Assembly (NCBI RefSeq): GCF_018350175.1
Contig: NC_058368.1
Coordinates: forward strand, 120,530,001-120,594,000
Source of the DNA: Felis catus
Lineage: Eukaryota
Length of the DNA: 64,000 nt
Direction of reading: 5' to 3'
How positions within the stretch are numbered: the first letter of the stretch is position 1; each line of letters opens with the position of its first letter. A program made the position numbers and the translations under genes. The notes under the pieces were generated by a model, which saw only the letters and a list, made by a program, of their open reading frames with translations, was not told the origin of the DNA and made no database searches. This document shows, one piece after another, positions 1-11,385 of this stretch.

Positions 1-224
1 ATTTCATTACTAGTAATTATTCTGTTCATATTTTCTATTTCTGATTCAGCCTTAGAAGATTAGGTATTTCTAGCAATTTATCCATTTCTTCCAGGTTGTC
101 CAATTTGTTAGCATTTAATTGTTCATAGTATTCTTGTTATAATCTTTAATATTTCTGTGGTGTCCCTTGTAACTTTTCTTTCATTTCTGATTTTACTTGA
201 CTTTTCTCTCTTTTTTCTCTTGTT
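1..224 (-). mobile_element. LINE-1 ORF2 fragment (antisense), truncated by window edge
   Basis: Sequence parallels the antisense L1 ORF2 segment at ~3260-3460 (e.g. 'tttatccatttcttccaggttgtccaatttgttagcat'). Confidence 0.8.
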
Positions 225-694
225 TTTACTGAAGTACAGTTGATACACAATGTTACATTAGTTTCAGGTATACAACATAGTGATTCAACATTGTTATGTT
301 GTATATGTTACGCTGTACTCACCCCAAGTATAGCTACTATCTGGCACCATACAACACTCTTACAGTACCATCGATTATATTCCATATGCTGTAACTTTTA
401 TCCCTGTGACATACTCATTCTATGACTGGGAGCCTATACTCCCCACTCCCCATCACTCATTTGGCCCATCCCCTTGCCCACTACTCTCTGACAACCATCA
501 GTGTCTCTTCTGTATTTATGCATCTGTTTCTGCATTTCAGTTTATTTGTTTAGTTTCTTAGATTCCAAATATAAGTGAAATTATATATTTCTCTTTCTCT
601 GACTCATTTCACTTAGCACAGTATCCTCTAGATCCACCCATATTGTTGCAAATGGCAAGATCTCATACTTTTTTATGGTTAATATTCCACCTTT

Positions 695-710
695 TGTGTG
701 TATGTGCGCG

Positions 711-763
<53 letters not shown>
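695..763. repeat. (TG)n-(CG)n-(CA)n compound microsatellite
   Basis: Direct reading: tgtgtgtatgtgcgcgcgcgcgcgca(ca)n. Confidence 0.95.
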
Positions 764-764
<1 letters not shown>

Positions 765-1222
765 ACGTCTTAATCCATTCATCCATCAGTGGAAGAGGAG
801 ACTTGGATTGTTTCCATATCTTGCCTATTGTTAATAATGCTGAAATAAACACAAGAGTGCATATATCTTTTTGAGTTAAGTGTTTTTGTTTTCTTTGAGT
901 AAATACCCAGTAGTGGAATTACTGGGTTATATAGTATTTCTATTTTTAATTTTTTGAAGAACCCCCTGTACTATTTTCCACAGTGCTGCACCAGTTTACA
1001 TTCCCACTAACAGTGCATGAGAATTCCCCTTTCTCCACATTCTCACCAACACTTATTTCTTGTCTTTTTTATTCTAGCCATTCTGCCAGGTGTAAGGTGA
1101 CAGCTCATTGTGGCTTTGATTTGTATTTGCCTGATGATTACTGACATTGAGCATCTTTTCACTTATCTGTTGGCCATCTGTAAGTCTTCTTTGGAGAAAA
1201 GTCTATTCAGTCCCTCTGCTCA

Positions 1223-1430
1223 TTTTTTTTTTTTTTTTTATTCTTGGGACAGAGAGAGACAGAGCATGAACGGGGGAGGGGCAGAGAGAGAGGGAGACAC
1301 AGAATCGGAAACAGGCTCCAGGCTCCGAGCCATCAGCCCAGAGCCCGACGCGGGGCTCGAACTCACGGACCGCGAGATCGTGACCTGGCTGAAGTCGGAC
1401 GCTTAACCGACTGCACCACCCAGGCGCCCC
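1223..1430 (-). mobile_element. Young felid Can-SINE (SINEC_Fc-like)
   Basis: tRNA-derived head (rc ggggcgcctgggtggtgcagtcggttaagcgtccgac), CT-rich body, poly-T tail, TSD cctctgctcattttt at 1213-1227/1432-1446, CpGs retained. Confidence 0.95.
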
Positions 1431-4426
1431 GCCTCTGCTCATTTTTAATCAGATTATTTGCTTTCTTTAGTGTTGAGTTATTCATGTTGTTTATATATTT
1501 TGGGATATTAACCCCTTATTGGATATATTATTTGTAAATATATTTTCCCCTTCAATAGATTGCCTCTTTAGTTTTGTTGGTTTCCTTCACTGTACAAAAG
1601 CTTTTTATCTTGGCAGAGTCCCAATAGTTTATTTTTACTTTTGTTGCCCTGCCCTGAGGAGATGCATCTATAAAATCAGTTGCAATGCCCAATGTCAAGG
1701 AATTTACTGCCAATGTTTTCTTCTAGGATTTTTTTTGGTTTTATGTTCACATTTAGGTCTTTAATCCATTTTGAGTAATTTTTGTGTATGATGTAAGAAA
1801 GAGGTCTAGTACCATTCTTTTGCATGTAGCTGTTCAGTTTTCCCAACAGTATTTATTTAAGACACTGTCTTTTCTCCATTGTATATTCTTGTGTCCTGTG
1901 TTATACATTTGTTGACCATGTAAGTGTGCATTTATTTCTGGGCTCTCTATCCTGTTCTGTTGACCTATGTGTCTAGTTTTATGACAGTACCATACTGCAG
2001 CTTTGTATATCTTGAAATCTGGGATTGTGATACCTCCAACTTTGTTCTTCTTTCTCAAGTTTGCTTTGGCTTCTCAGTCTTTAGTGTCTCCATACAAAGA
2101 TTAGGATTATTTCTTCTAGTTCTGTGAAAAATGCTGTTGCTAGTGTAATTGTGGTTGCATTGAATCTGTAGATTGCTTTGGGTAGTGTGAACATTTAAAC
2201 AATATTCATTCTTCCAGTCCATGAACATGAAATATCTTTCCACTTGTTTGTGTTGTATTCAGTTTCTTTCATCAGTATTTTATAGTTTTCAGAGTACAGA
2301 TGTGTCATTTCCTTGGTTCAGTTTATTCTAGGTATCTTCTTTTTTTTCATGTAAATATAACTATAATTGTTTTCCTAATTTCTCTGTTACTTCATTTTTA
2401 TTGTATAGAAACACAGCTTATTTGTGTGTATTAATTTTGTATCCTTCAACTCTACTTAATTAGTTCTAATTAGTTTTTGTTGTAGTCTTTAGGGTTTTCT
2501 ATATATAGTATCATACCATCCGCAAATACTGACTTAATTTTTCTTACCAATTTGGATGCCTTTTATTTCTCTTGTGATTGCTGTGGCTATGACTTCCAGT
2601 ACTATGTCGAATAAAAGAGGCAAGAGTGGACATCCTTGTCTTATTTCTTATCTTAGAGGAAAGCTTTCAGTATAATGTTAGCTATGTGTTCATATATGTC
2701 CTCTATAACGTTGAGGTATGTTCCCTCTAAACCCACTTTATTGAGAGTTTTATCATGAATGAAAGTTGAATTTTGTCAAATGCCTTTTCCGCATCCCTAG
2801 AGATCATGATATGGTATTTATCCTTTGTTTTGTTGATATGTATCACATTGATTGATATGTAAATATTGAACCATCCTTGCATGTCTAGAATGAATTCTAC
2901 TTGATCATGGTGAATAATCCTTTTAATGTATTATCGAATGGCATTTGCTAGTATTTTGTTGAGGACTTTTGCATCTATGTTCATCAAGCATTAGCCTGTT
3001 TTTTGTTTTTGTTTTTGTTTTTCTTTAGTTTCTTTTTTAAGTTTTATTATCAGGCTAAGGCTGGCCTCATAGAATGCATTTGGAAGGTTTCCTTACTTTT
3101 CTTTTTCTTTTTTTTTTCTTTTGTCTTTTTTTTTTTTTTTTTTGAAATTGTTCGAGGAGACTAGGTGTTAACTCTGATTAAATGTTTGATAAAATTCACC
3201 TGTGAATTCATCTGGTCCTGGATTTTGTTTTTTGGGAACTTTTGATTACTCATTTAATTTTGTTACTAGTAATTGGTCTGTACTGATTCAGTTTTGGAAG
3301 AATGTATGTTTCTAGGAATTTATCCAGTTTTTCTATGTTGTCCAATTTTCTGACATAGAATTTTTCATAGTAATCTCTTAGAATCCTTTGTAGTTCTGTG
3401 GTGTTGGTTGTTACTTCTTCCCTTTCGTTTATGTTATTAAATGTGTCCTTTTTTTTCTTGATGTGTCTAGCTAAAGGTTTATAAATTTTATTTTTTCAAA
3501 GAACCAGCCCTTGGTTTTATTGATCTTTTCTAGTTTTTTTAAGTATGTATTGCATTTATTTCCACTCTGATCTTTATTATTTCATCTACTAGTTTGGGGT
3601 TTTGTTTGTTCTTTTTTTTTTTCAAGTGTAAGATTAGATAGTTCATTTGAGATTTTTCCTGTTTCTTCCTGTAGGCCAGTATTACTATGAACTTCCCTTT
3701 TTGAACTCTTTTAACTGTATCTCAAAGATTTTAAGTCTGTTTATTTCCATTTTAATTTCTCTATAGGTATTTTTGTTTTAATTTCTTCTTTGATTTTTTT
3801 TTCATTGACCAACTTGTTGTTTAGTACCATGTTGTTTATGTGTTTGTGTTTTTTCCTTTTTTTATTTTTTCCTTATGACTTATTTCTAATTGCTTACCAA
3901 CTGTGCTCAGAAGACATCATGGTATGATTTAAATCTTAAATTTATTGAGACTTGATTTGTGACCTAACATGTTATCCTTCTGGAGAATGTTCCACATGCA
4001 CTTGAAAAGAATGTGTATTCTGCTGTTTTAGGATGGAGTGTTCTGTATGTGTTTCTTATGTCCATCTGATCTAAATCTCTTTCACAGAGACCATTTCCTA
4101 TTGATCGCTTCCTGGAAGATCTATTCATTCATGTAAGTTGGGTGTTAAAGTTCCCCACTGTTACTGTATTACCATAAATTCCTCTTTTTATATCCATCAA
4201 TATTTGCTGCATGTATTAGGTATTTACAATTGTTACACCCTCTTGAAGGATTAATCCCTTTATCATTTTACAATGCCCTTCTTTGTCTCTTACCACAGTC
4301 TTTCTTTTAAAGTCTATTTTGTCTGATATAAGTGGTGCTATCCTAGGTTGTTTTCATTGTTGTTTGCCTCCAAATGCATAACTGTTTTCTCATCCTTTCA
4401 CTTTCAGCTATTTGTCTTTAGGTCTG

Positions 4427-5160
4427 TGGACCTGCTTTAGGACCTACTACGTAAAGTAAGAATCCCACTCTTTAAGAAAAATATACAGATTTAGGTAAGA
4501 GTTTAAATTCTGAAAGATTCAAGCCTGACGCCAAGCCTTTAGATTTCTAATGCTTCAATTCCAAAGGACCAGTGGATAGCAATGTTAGTACACAAAACTC
4601 CACTATGTTGTATAGCTCCTTTTCCCCTGGGTCAGACAGCTTTATTCTGCTTCATTAACCCCCTCTTTGCTCCTTGATGGATCTTGGAATCCATTTTCCA
4701 GATTTTTGGATTTCCTTTAATAGGAAACTTCACAATCATTTCCTGGGGATTTGTGCAGATGAAAACAAATGGAGAATAAGATTCTTGACTCATGTCTGGA
4801 TACTGTTCCTTAAACTGCTTCTGGGACAAGCAGTCAATGAGGTACATACAGCCCAGAAGACAACCTGATGGATAGTCATTGGGAAATTCCATGTCTCTCC
4901 CATGAAGAAGACAATATGTAGTCTGGAGTTCTGAGAGTTCTTGAGGGGAAGGTCTTTTGGCTGTGACTGCTATTCACAGACGTCCTCTGTGAGGAATGTA
5001 CCAACTTCTGCCCTCCACCCTTTTGATCCCTCTGACAAGCAGAGAAGTCCAGGGCTAATGCATAGAGAGGCACCAGCCACCATCAAAGCCTTCCTGAAAT
5101 TCTTGGTCCTGGATTCGCAACTGGTGCCAATAGGAGTTCAACTCTAGTTCCGATCCTGTC
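4427..5160 (-). pseudogene. TRIP4: Processed pseudogene fragment of TRIP4 (ASC-1): ASCH-domain C-terminus plus part of 3' UTR
   Basis: ORF 4632-4892 (EFPNDYPSGCLLGC..LIDCLSQKQFKEQ..KFPIKGNPKIWK.DSKIHQGAK.GLMKQNKAV*) is the TRIP4 C-terminus; upstream reads HQLRIQDQEFQEGFDGGWCLSMH*PW.SLLVRGIKRVEGRSWY.PHRGRL*IA with two premature stops; no introns. Confidence 0.93.
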
Positions 5161-5162
5161 CA

Positions 5163-5800
5163 CTGTTTTCTGGTTGTTCTTGTAGTTCCTCTCTGTTCCT
5201 TTCTTCTTGCTCCACTTTTTTGTAATTTATGAGTTTTGTAGTGTTATGTTTAGCTTACTTTTTATTTTTTGTCATCTATTACAGGTTTTGGGTTTGTAGT
5301 TACCATGAGTGGTATTCTTCAACTCTTACTGGTTTTTGTTTTGTTTTTACATTGTCTAACGTTCCCACAGTGAGTTCATCCTCTCTTTCCTCAAGTCCAG
5401 TGAGCCTATTTATGACCATTACTTTGTACACATTATCACATAGATTGCTTATCTCTTTTTCATTCAGTTCATTTTCCTGAAGATTTGTCTTGTTCTTTTG
5501 TTTGGATTATACTTCTCTGTCTTTTCACTGTGTTTGACTTTTTGTGTTTGCTTCCATGAAATTAGTAAAACATCAACCTTTTCCACTCTTGAAGGAGTGG
5601 CCTTGTGTAAGAACATCTCCAGTCTATTCTGTATTTGGTCCCTCTGTCCTTTGCTACAGAAAAGCTTTTCAGTCAGCTTTCAGTTGTTCTTCAGAAGGAA
5701 TTACTCTATATGTAGGTGCAGATTTGGTGTGTCCATGGGAGAAAATGTTTTTAGAGTATTCCCATGCCAGCATCTTGGAACCTCCCTCCTCCGTATGATT
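5163..5800 (-). mobile_element. LINE-1 inter-ORF/ORF1-side fragments (continuation of the 225-4426 element, with deletions)
   Basis: rc 'gaggaactacaagaacaaccagaaaacag' matches the sequence just upstream of the ORF2 start in the L1 copies at ~14040-14065 and ~44310-44326. Confidence 0.7.
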
Positions 5801-6134
5801 TTTATTTTCTAAACTTCTGTTGCTCCACAATAATAGGTTATTTTTATCATCAGCACAACAGACATGAAAATTAGTATATACAAATTTGTGTATGCTTTAT
5901 TATATCTAGATTTCAAAAGGTAAGAGCAAATGACTGGAAAGAAGTATATAATCTTAATAGTAACTATATCTGGTTGGTAAGGCAGTTAGTGGCTTCTTTT
6001 TCCCTCTTGTAATGATAAAATAATATTTGATGTTGGGAGGTGCCTTATTAAGGCATTAAAACTCACTGTGCTTGGTTTGCTTAGACTGGTATGACATTTT
6101 GCACTGATTTTCAAGTCAAATAGTTATGTAAAAG

Positions 6135-6405
6135 GGTATCTTTCAAAGTGTATTCTTTAGAACACTAGTTCTTGGGATGTTTATAGCTGTTACAGAAAAA
6201 AAAAGTATCAGTGGTCAAGTAAGTTAAAAAATGCTGAGTTACTAAAGTTAAATAATCGGAACTTTTAAGGATCTTTAATACACTAAAGTACACTGTGCAG
6301 TCACATGCCAACAATAAAATATGCTGTACTTGTGAAACTTACTTGATTGTGGAAATCATTTTTTTAAACAGTAGGTAGGCTCTTTGAAGGAATATATTTT
6401 GGAGA
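6135..6405. mobile_element. Probable ancient hAT-Charlie MITE (MER-type)
   Basis: Imperfect terminal inverted repeats tctttcaaagtgtattcttt ... gaaggaatatattttggaga. Confidence 0.4.
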
Positions 6406-7384
6406 AGATTAATATCACAGCTTAAGCAAATCTAAGATTTATATATTTTTTTATTTTTAAATTCATTGGTTCATTTATTAAAATATTCATTATGAATGTC
6501 CTTTAAAGTGCCTCTTGCTTTAATGTAGTTTTAATAGCACCCAATTTATAAAACTATTTCTCTCCTACATGATAGTGCTCCCAGAGTGCTTTGAACATAG
6601 CTCCATTATTGCATTCATATCAATGACATATTTATTTATTTTCATAGAAGCCTCCACCATTAAAGTGTGATCTTGAACTCAGGTGTGTTTTCTTGATCTT
6701 AGTATTACTAACACATTAACTAGATGAACTAGACATTATATAGCTTAAGGTAAGTGAAGTTCTGCAAAAATAAGAATGAGAAGGTTGGAGTACAGCTCAT
6801 ATGCTATAGAAAGAATAATTTTTTTTAAAGTAGGAGGAATAACAGAGTGCTTTGGAGTTGCAAAGAACAACTCATAGCTGAATCAGATTAATGTAATAAA
6901 AGTCATGAAGGAAAATGAAACTGACAGGGCAGGTCCTCCAAATTAGGTATAAAACTTCTCTTGAACCAAGCTTGTAATAAAATGTAATAAAAATATTCGA
7001 AGTAGAGCAGACAGTTGTATCTTCAAGAGATGTGTATTTTAAGATGTGGTGAAATCGTCAGTCCATTAAAATGAAAAGAGCTGAAGGCATAGGAGTAAAA
7101 GGGACTGGAGTTTAAAGATTGGAAAGGAAAATGTGGCCCTAAGGGACTGAGATGCTATTGAGGGCACCATGTGGACTGTTTTCTGAATCCTTAATTGTTC
7201 TTTTTCTTGCTTATGCTTTGCAAATTCTCCTTAGGAAAAACGTACTGCATTGAAACTTGTGATGCAATTTGAATACATTTTTTCAAATGGATGTACTGTC
7301 CTGACTGATTTCAGTGGATCTGTTTTGGGTATCAAAACAATACAGATAAAATTTCGGAGTGAGGCATCAATAAGCCACCTAGTT

Positions 7385-8029
7385 TTTTGGGTTTTTTTAT
7401 GTTTTTAAATTTTAATTTCAGTATCTTTAATATACATTGTTATATTACTTTCAGGTATACAATATAGGGATTCAGCAATTCTATGCACTACTCAGTGCTC
7501 ATCATGATATGTGTATCTTTAATCCCATCTCCTATTTCACCCATTGCCCACTTTCCCCCCCACCTCCCCTATGGGAACTGTCAGTTTGTTCTCTGTAGTT
7601 AAGAGTCTATTTTTTAGTTTGTCTTTGTTCACTTATTTTCTTTCTTAAATTCTGCACATGAAGGAAATATGGTATTTGTCTGTCTCTGATTGGCTTATTT
7701 TACTTAGCATCATCCTCTCTCCCTCTATCCATGCCATTGCAAATGGCAAGATTTCATTCTTTTTATGGCTGAGTAATATTCCATTTTACATATACCACAT
7801 CGTTTTATCCATTCCTTCATCCACAGATACTTGGGCTGCTTACATATCTTGGCTGTTATATATAATGCTGCTATAAACACAGGGGGTACATATATCTTTT
7901 TGAATAGTGTTTTTGTATTCTTTGAGTAAATACCCAGTTGTGTGATTACTGAGTTGTAGGGTAGTTCTGGTTTTTTTTTTTTTTTGAGGAACTTCCATAC
8001 TGGTTTCCACAGTGGCTGTACCAGTTTGG
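7385..8029 (-). mobile_element. 5'-truncated carnivore LINE-1 3' end (antisense)
   Basis: T-rich tail, L1 3' UTR, ORF2 C-terminal peptide (ELPYNSVITQLGIYSK..FIAALYITAK..KQPK..MEYYSAIK). Confidence 0.9.
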
Positions 8030-8268
8030 ATACTTTGCTACCAACAGGTTTTAAATCCCCTGACTTTTGTTCTCTCCAGGGCTTTTCATTTGCATATATG
8101 AATGTCTCTCTGCAGCTCCTCCATAGGCCTTGTACACCAACTCCTGCTTGTGGCATGGCTAAAGAACACCCTGAACTGACCGATGAGCAGAAGACGTTAT
8201 CCCCAGTGAACACTTTCTCTGTGTCTTTGTCTCTCACTTGGCATTGTGCTTTTAAATGCCTTAGTCTT

Positions 8269-8475
8269 GGGGTGCCTGGGTGGCTCAGTCGGTTAAGTGG
8301 CCGACTTCAGCTCAGGTCATGATCTCGCGGTCCGTGAGTTCGAGCCCCACGTCGGGCTCTGTGCTGACAGCTCAGAGCCTGGAGCCTGTTTCCGATTCTG
8401 TGTCTCCCTCTCTCTCTGCCCCTCCCCTGTTCATGCTCTGTCTGTGTCTCAAAAATAAATAAACGTTAAAAAAAC
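8269..8475 (+). mobile_element. Felid Can-SINE
   Basis: ggggtgcctgggtggctcagtcggttaag head, A-rich tail, TSD gccttagtct 8258-8267/8481-8490. Confidence 0.95.
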
Positions 8476-8959
8476 ATAAGGCCTTAGTCTCCAAAATATC
8501 ACAGGATGGAGATATAGGCAGCACTTTGAGTCGACAAATACAATACCCTATAGGCTGTACAAGTGGTTACAGATTAGAAATCTCCATCAACCAGACACCT
8601 AAATTGGCCAGATATTCATGGAATAGAAAAGTTAGAAAATATAGCATTATTTATTAAATATATGTACATGATTTGTAAATCAAAGCAACCCTACAAAAGT
8701 GTGTATAAAATATCTCTTCTGTTGTACAGATACAAAAACAGGATCCATGAGATTCAGTGATGCATCCATAGTCAGTAGTTGAAGCATAGAGATAGAAATC
8801 TAGATTTTCCTATTGACAAAACCCAGGCTTTTTCGGTCACCCTAATTGCCATGACTTCAACTGATTTGTGTTTTGTTTGTTTAAAAACAAAAACATCAAA
8901 TTGGTTCCATGTGATCAACAAAGCCTTAAAGTTGCCCTCAAGTTAATAATTTTGGACAG

Positions 8960-9404
8960 GTTGCTTCCTAACTATGGGCCTGACCCACAGTTTTCTTAGG
9001 CATTTACTTTAGAAAACTTCTACTTATAAATCCATTCTCTGCCTCTTTGAGATGTAAATCTTCTTCCAGCCTCTTGCCAGTTTTACACCCCAGAAATGCT
9101 TTTCTTGACAAAGAGTTAGCTCTTTGAAATGGAATTATATAAGGAGATCCTGCTTCTATATCCCAGTCTCTGTGGGAGGGTAGGACTTTGATAAGCACCA
9201 ATTAGCAAACACTCATGGCCTAATCACTGACCAAATTCTCCCCCATCTCCAGCCAGTACTTTTCCTCTAGCTCACTACACTGCTTTAAAAACTCTCCTGC
9301 CCTTTGTTTCAGTAAAGTAGAGTTCATTCTCTCTCCTATTGCATTAATTTTGAATAAATTCTTCCTTGCCTGTTTCACTTGTCTGATGCAATTTTTCATT
9401 GACA
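8960..9404 (+). mobile_element. ERV solo LTR, MER34-like
   Basis: LTR layout: TATA-like tttaaaaa, polyA signal aataaa ~9352, ends ...tgaca; internal motifs resemble the MER34 family; 5' boundary approximate. Confidence 0.6.
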
Positions 9405-9679
9405 GATACTAATAAAGTTCAGGTTTAAAAGAGGAATATTTTAGTATGACATCATAACTTTGGTCTTTTAGCTCAAAGGCTCTGTAAGACAAATACTATT
9501 CGCTGAAAGATGGTGTCTTACTGAAATGTTGCATTCCCTATGTCTTTCCCTGGTGTTCCTCTCTTGAGAATTCATTTCATCTTGGCATCCAGAGATCATC
9601 AGAGAGCTGGCTCCTTGCTCTTCGTAGCTTGTTCTCTGGCCACAAGGAAACATACACCATAAACTGGCCATAATATTTC

Positions 9680-10330
9680 TCACCTCTAATCTTTGTACAT
9701 GTGTGCTTTCCACCAAAAATGCCCCCCTTTTCCCTGCCCCACCGTATCCCTTGCAGTTTTCCACTTCTTTCTTGATGACTAAATTCCTTTCACATTTCAA
9801 GACAGAACTCCCTCTTGGAAGTATTACTTGCATAATCACTGCCCAGGATGATGTGTGCCATTCAAGGCTCCCACATCATCCTGGAAATCACTAGTTTTCT
9901 CATTTAGTCAATTGTTAATGCCTTAGAGATAGGAATTTCACCTTTTCCCCCTTTGTCTCCTTAGAATCTAGCACAGTGCCTGGACAAAATAGACACCAAG
10001 TCAACATTAGTTAAAAGGATGCTAAGAAAGGAAGTAGATTCTGTCCATTCACTTACACATGGTTAAGAAATGGACCATTTTATTTATTTTTAGTGGTTCT
10101 TCTGGGTAAAGAAATGGTCCCTTACTAAATACAGAAAACTGATTTGGTCAAAGGGTGAAGTGTGTGGGCTCAGAATTGAGAAGAGCTAGGTTTAAACCCT
10201 GAGTTTGAATTCTGGCTGTGCACTTGAAATTGGTGTGATGCTGATAAGCTACTTAACCACTGTTGTCTTTAATCTCCTTTTCAGTGAAATGAGGATGATA
10301 TTACTTATCACAGGGCTATTGTCAGGATTA
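9680..10330 (+). mobile_element. Ancient L2 fragments followed by a MIR
   Basis: L2 3' motif tctagcacagtgcctgg; MIR core (gctacttaaccact...cagtgaaatgaggatgata...aggattaaat). Confidence 0.6.
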
Positions 10331-10719
10331 AATTGTTATATTAGTTTCCTAGGGCTGCTGTAACAAATTCCCATAAACTTGGTGGCTTAAAACAAGAGAA
10401 ATGCATTATCCCACAGTTCTGGAAGCCACAAGTCCTTAATCAAGGTATTCACAAGATTGGTTCCTTCTGGTGGCTCTGAGGGAGAATGTACTCCAAGTGT
10501 CTTCCCCCAGCTTTTGTTGGTTGTCTGCAAATCTTGGTGTTCAGGGGTTATATACAAATCACTCCAATCTCTGCCCCTGTGTTCATATGGCTTTCTCTAC
10601 TAGGCTTGTGTCTCAGATCTCTCTTTCCTTTCTCTTATAAGGACACCAGTCCTTATGGATTTATGGTTCACTCTAAATTTAGCATAATCTTGTCTCAAGA
10701 TTGAAACTTAATTACATCT

Positions 10720-11385
10720 TATTTTGGTTTCCTAGGGATGCTAGGTAACAAAGTACAACCAAGTGAGAGGCTTAAAACAGAAATTTAGGGGCACCTAGGT
10801 GGCTCAGTCAGTTGAGTGTCCGACTTCAGCTCAGGTCATGATCTCACGGCTCGTGAGTTCAAGCCCCATGTCAGACTCTGTGCTGACAGTTCGGAGCCTG
10901 GAGCTTGCTTTGGATTCTGTGTCTCCTTCTCTCTCTGCCCCTAACCCACTCACATTCTGTCTCTGTCTCTCTCGAAAATAAATAAACTTTTAAAAAAAAT
11001 CTAAAAAAAAACAAATTTATTCTCAGATACTTTTGGAAGTCACCAGAAGCCTGTAATCAAGGGGTCTGTATGGCCATCCTCCTTCCACAACCTCTAGAAG
11101 AGAATTCTTCCTTTCCTCTTCAAGTATCTTGTAGCTCCTTTCATTTGTTGGCTTGTGGCAGCATGGCCCCATCTTCGTATAACCTATTTGCTCGGTTTGT
11201 CTGCGTCTCTGACCTACCCTCTTCTTATGAGGATAGCAGTCACTGAATTTGGGGCCTCATTTAATCACTTATGGGCTCATTTTTGATCCATAACTAATTA
11301 CATCTGCAAAGACTCTATTTCTGAATCACATTCTGAGGTTTGGGGTATACGTGAACTTTGGGGTGATATTATTCAACCTATTACA
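10720..11385 (-). mobile_element. MaLR MLT1-type solo LTR (inner, nested)
   Basis: Second set of ends tattttggtttcctaggg ... attcaacctattaca; 5-bp TSD catct/tatct. Confidence 0.78.
10788..11010 (+). mobile_element. Can-SINE inserted in the inner MLT1
   Basis: SINE head, body and A tail; flanking repeat ...aaattta. Confidence 0.93.

Larger units (their letters stand above)
225..4426 (-). mobile_element. Decayed carnivore LINE-1, 3' UTR through most of ORF2 (antisense)
   Basis: T-rich L1 3' end at ~225; minus-strand ORF fragments match L1 ORF2 ([35 protein letters not shown], 1834-2058); many stops and frameshifts. Confidence 0.92.

Noticed and set aside
4632..4892. 86-aa TRIP4-like ORF as a functional retrogene
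   Set aside because: The upstream frame has two premature stops, the fragment is 5'-truncated, and no promoter is evident
7725..8237. 170-aa ORF, the longest in the track
   Set aside because: Its C-terminal half is L1 ORF2 read through frameshifts and fused by chance to flanking DNA
8269..8345. tRNA-like A/B box sequence as a tRNA gene
   Set aside because: It is the tRNA-derived head of a Can-SINE, repeated about 20 times in the window
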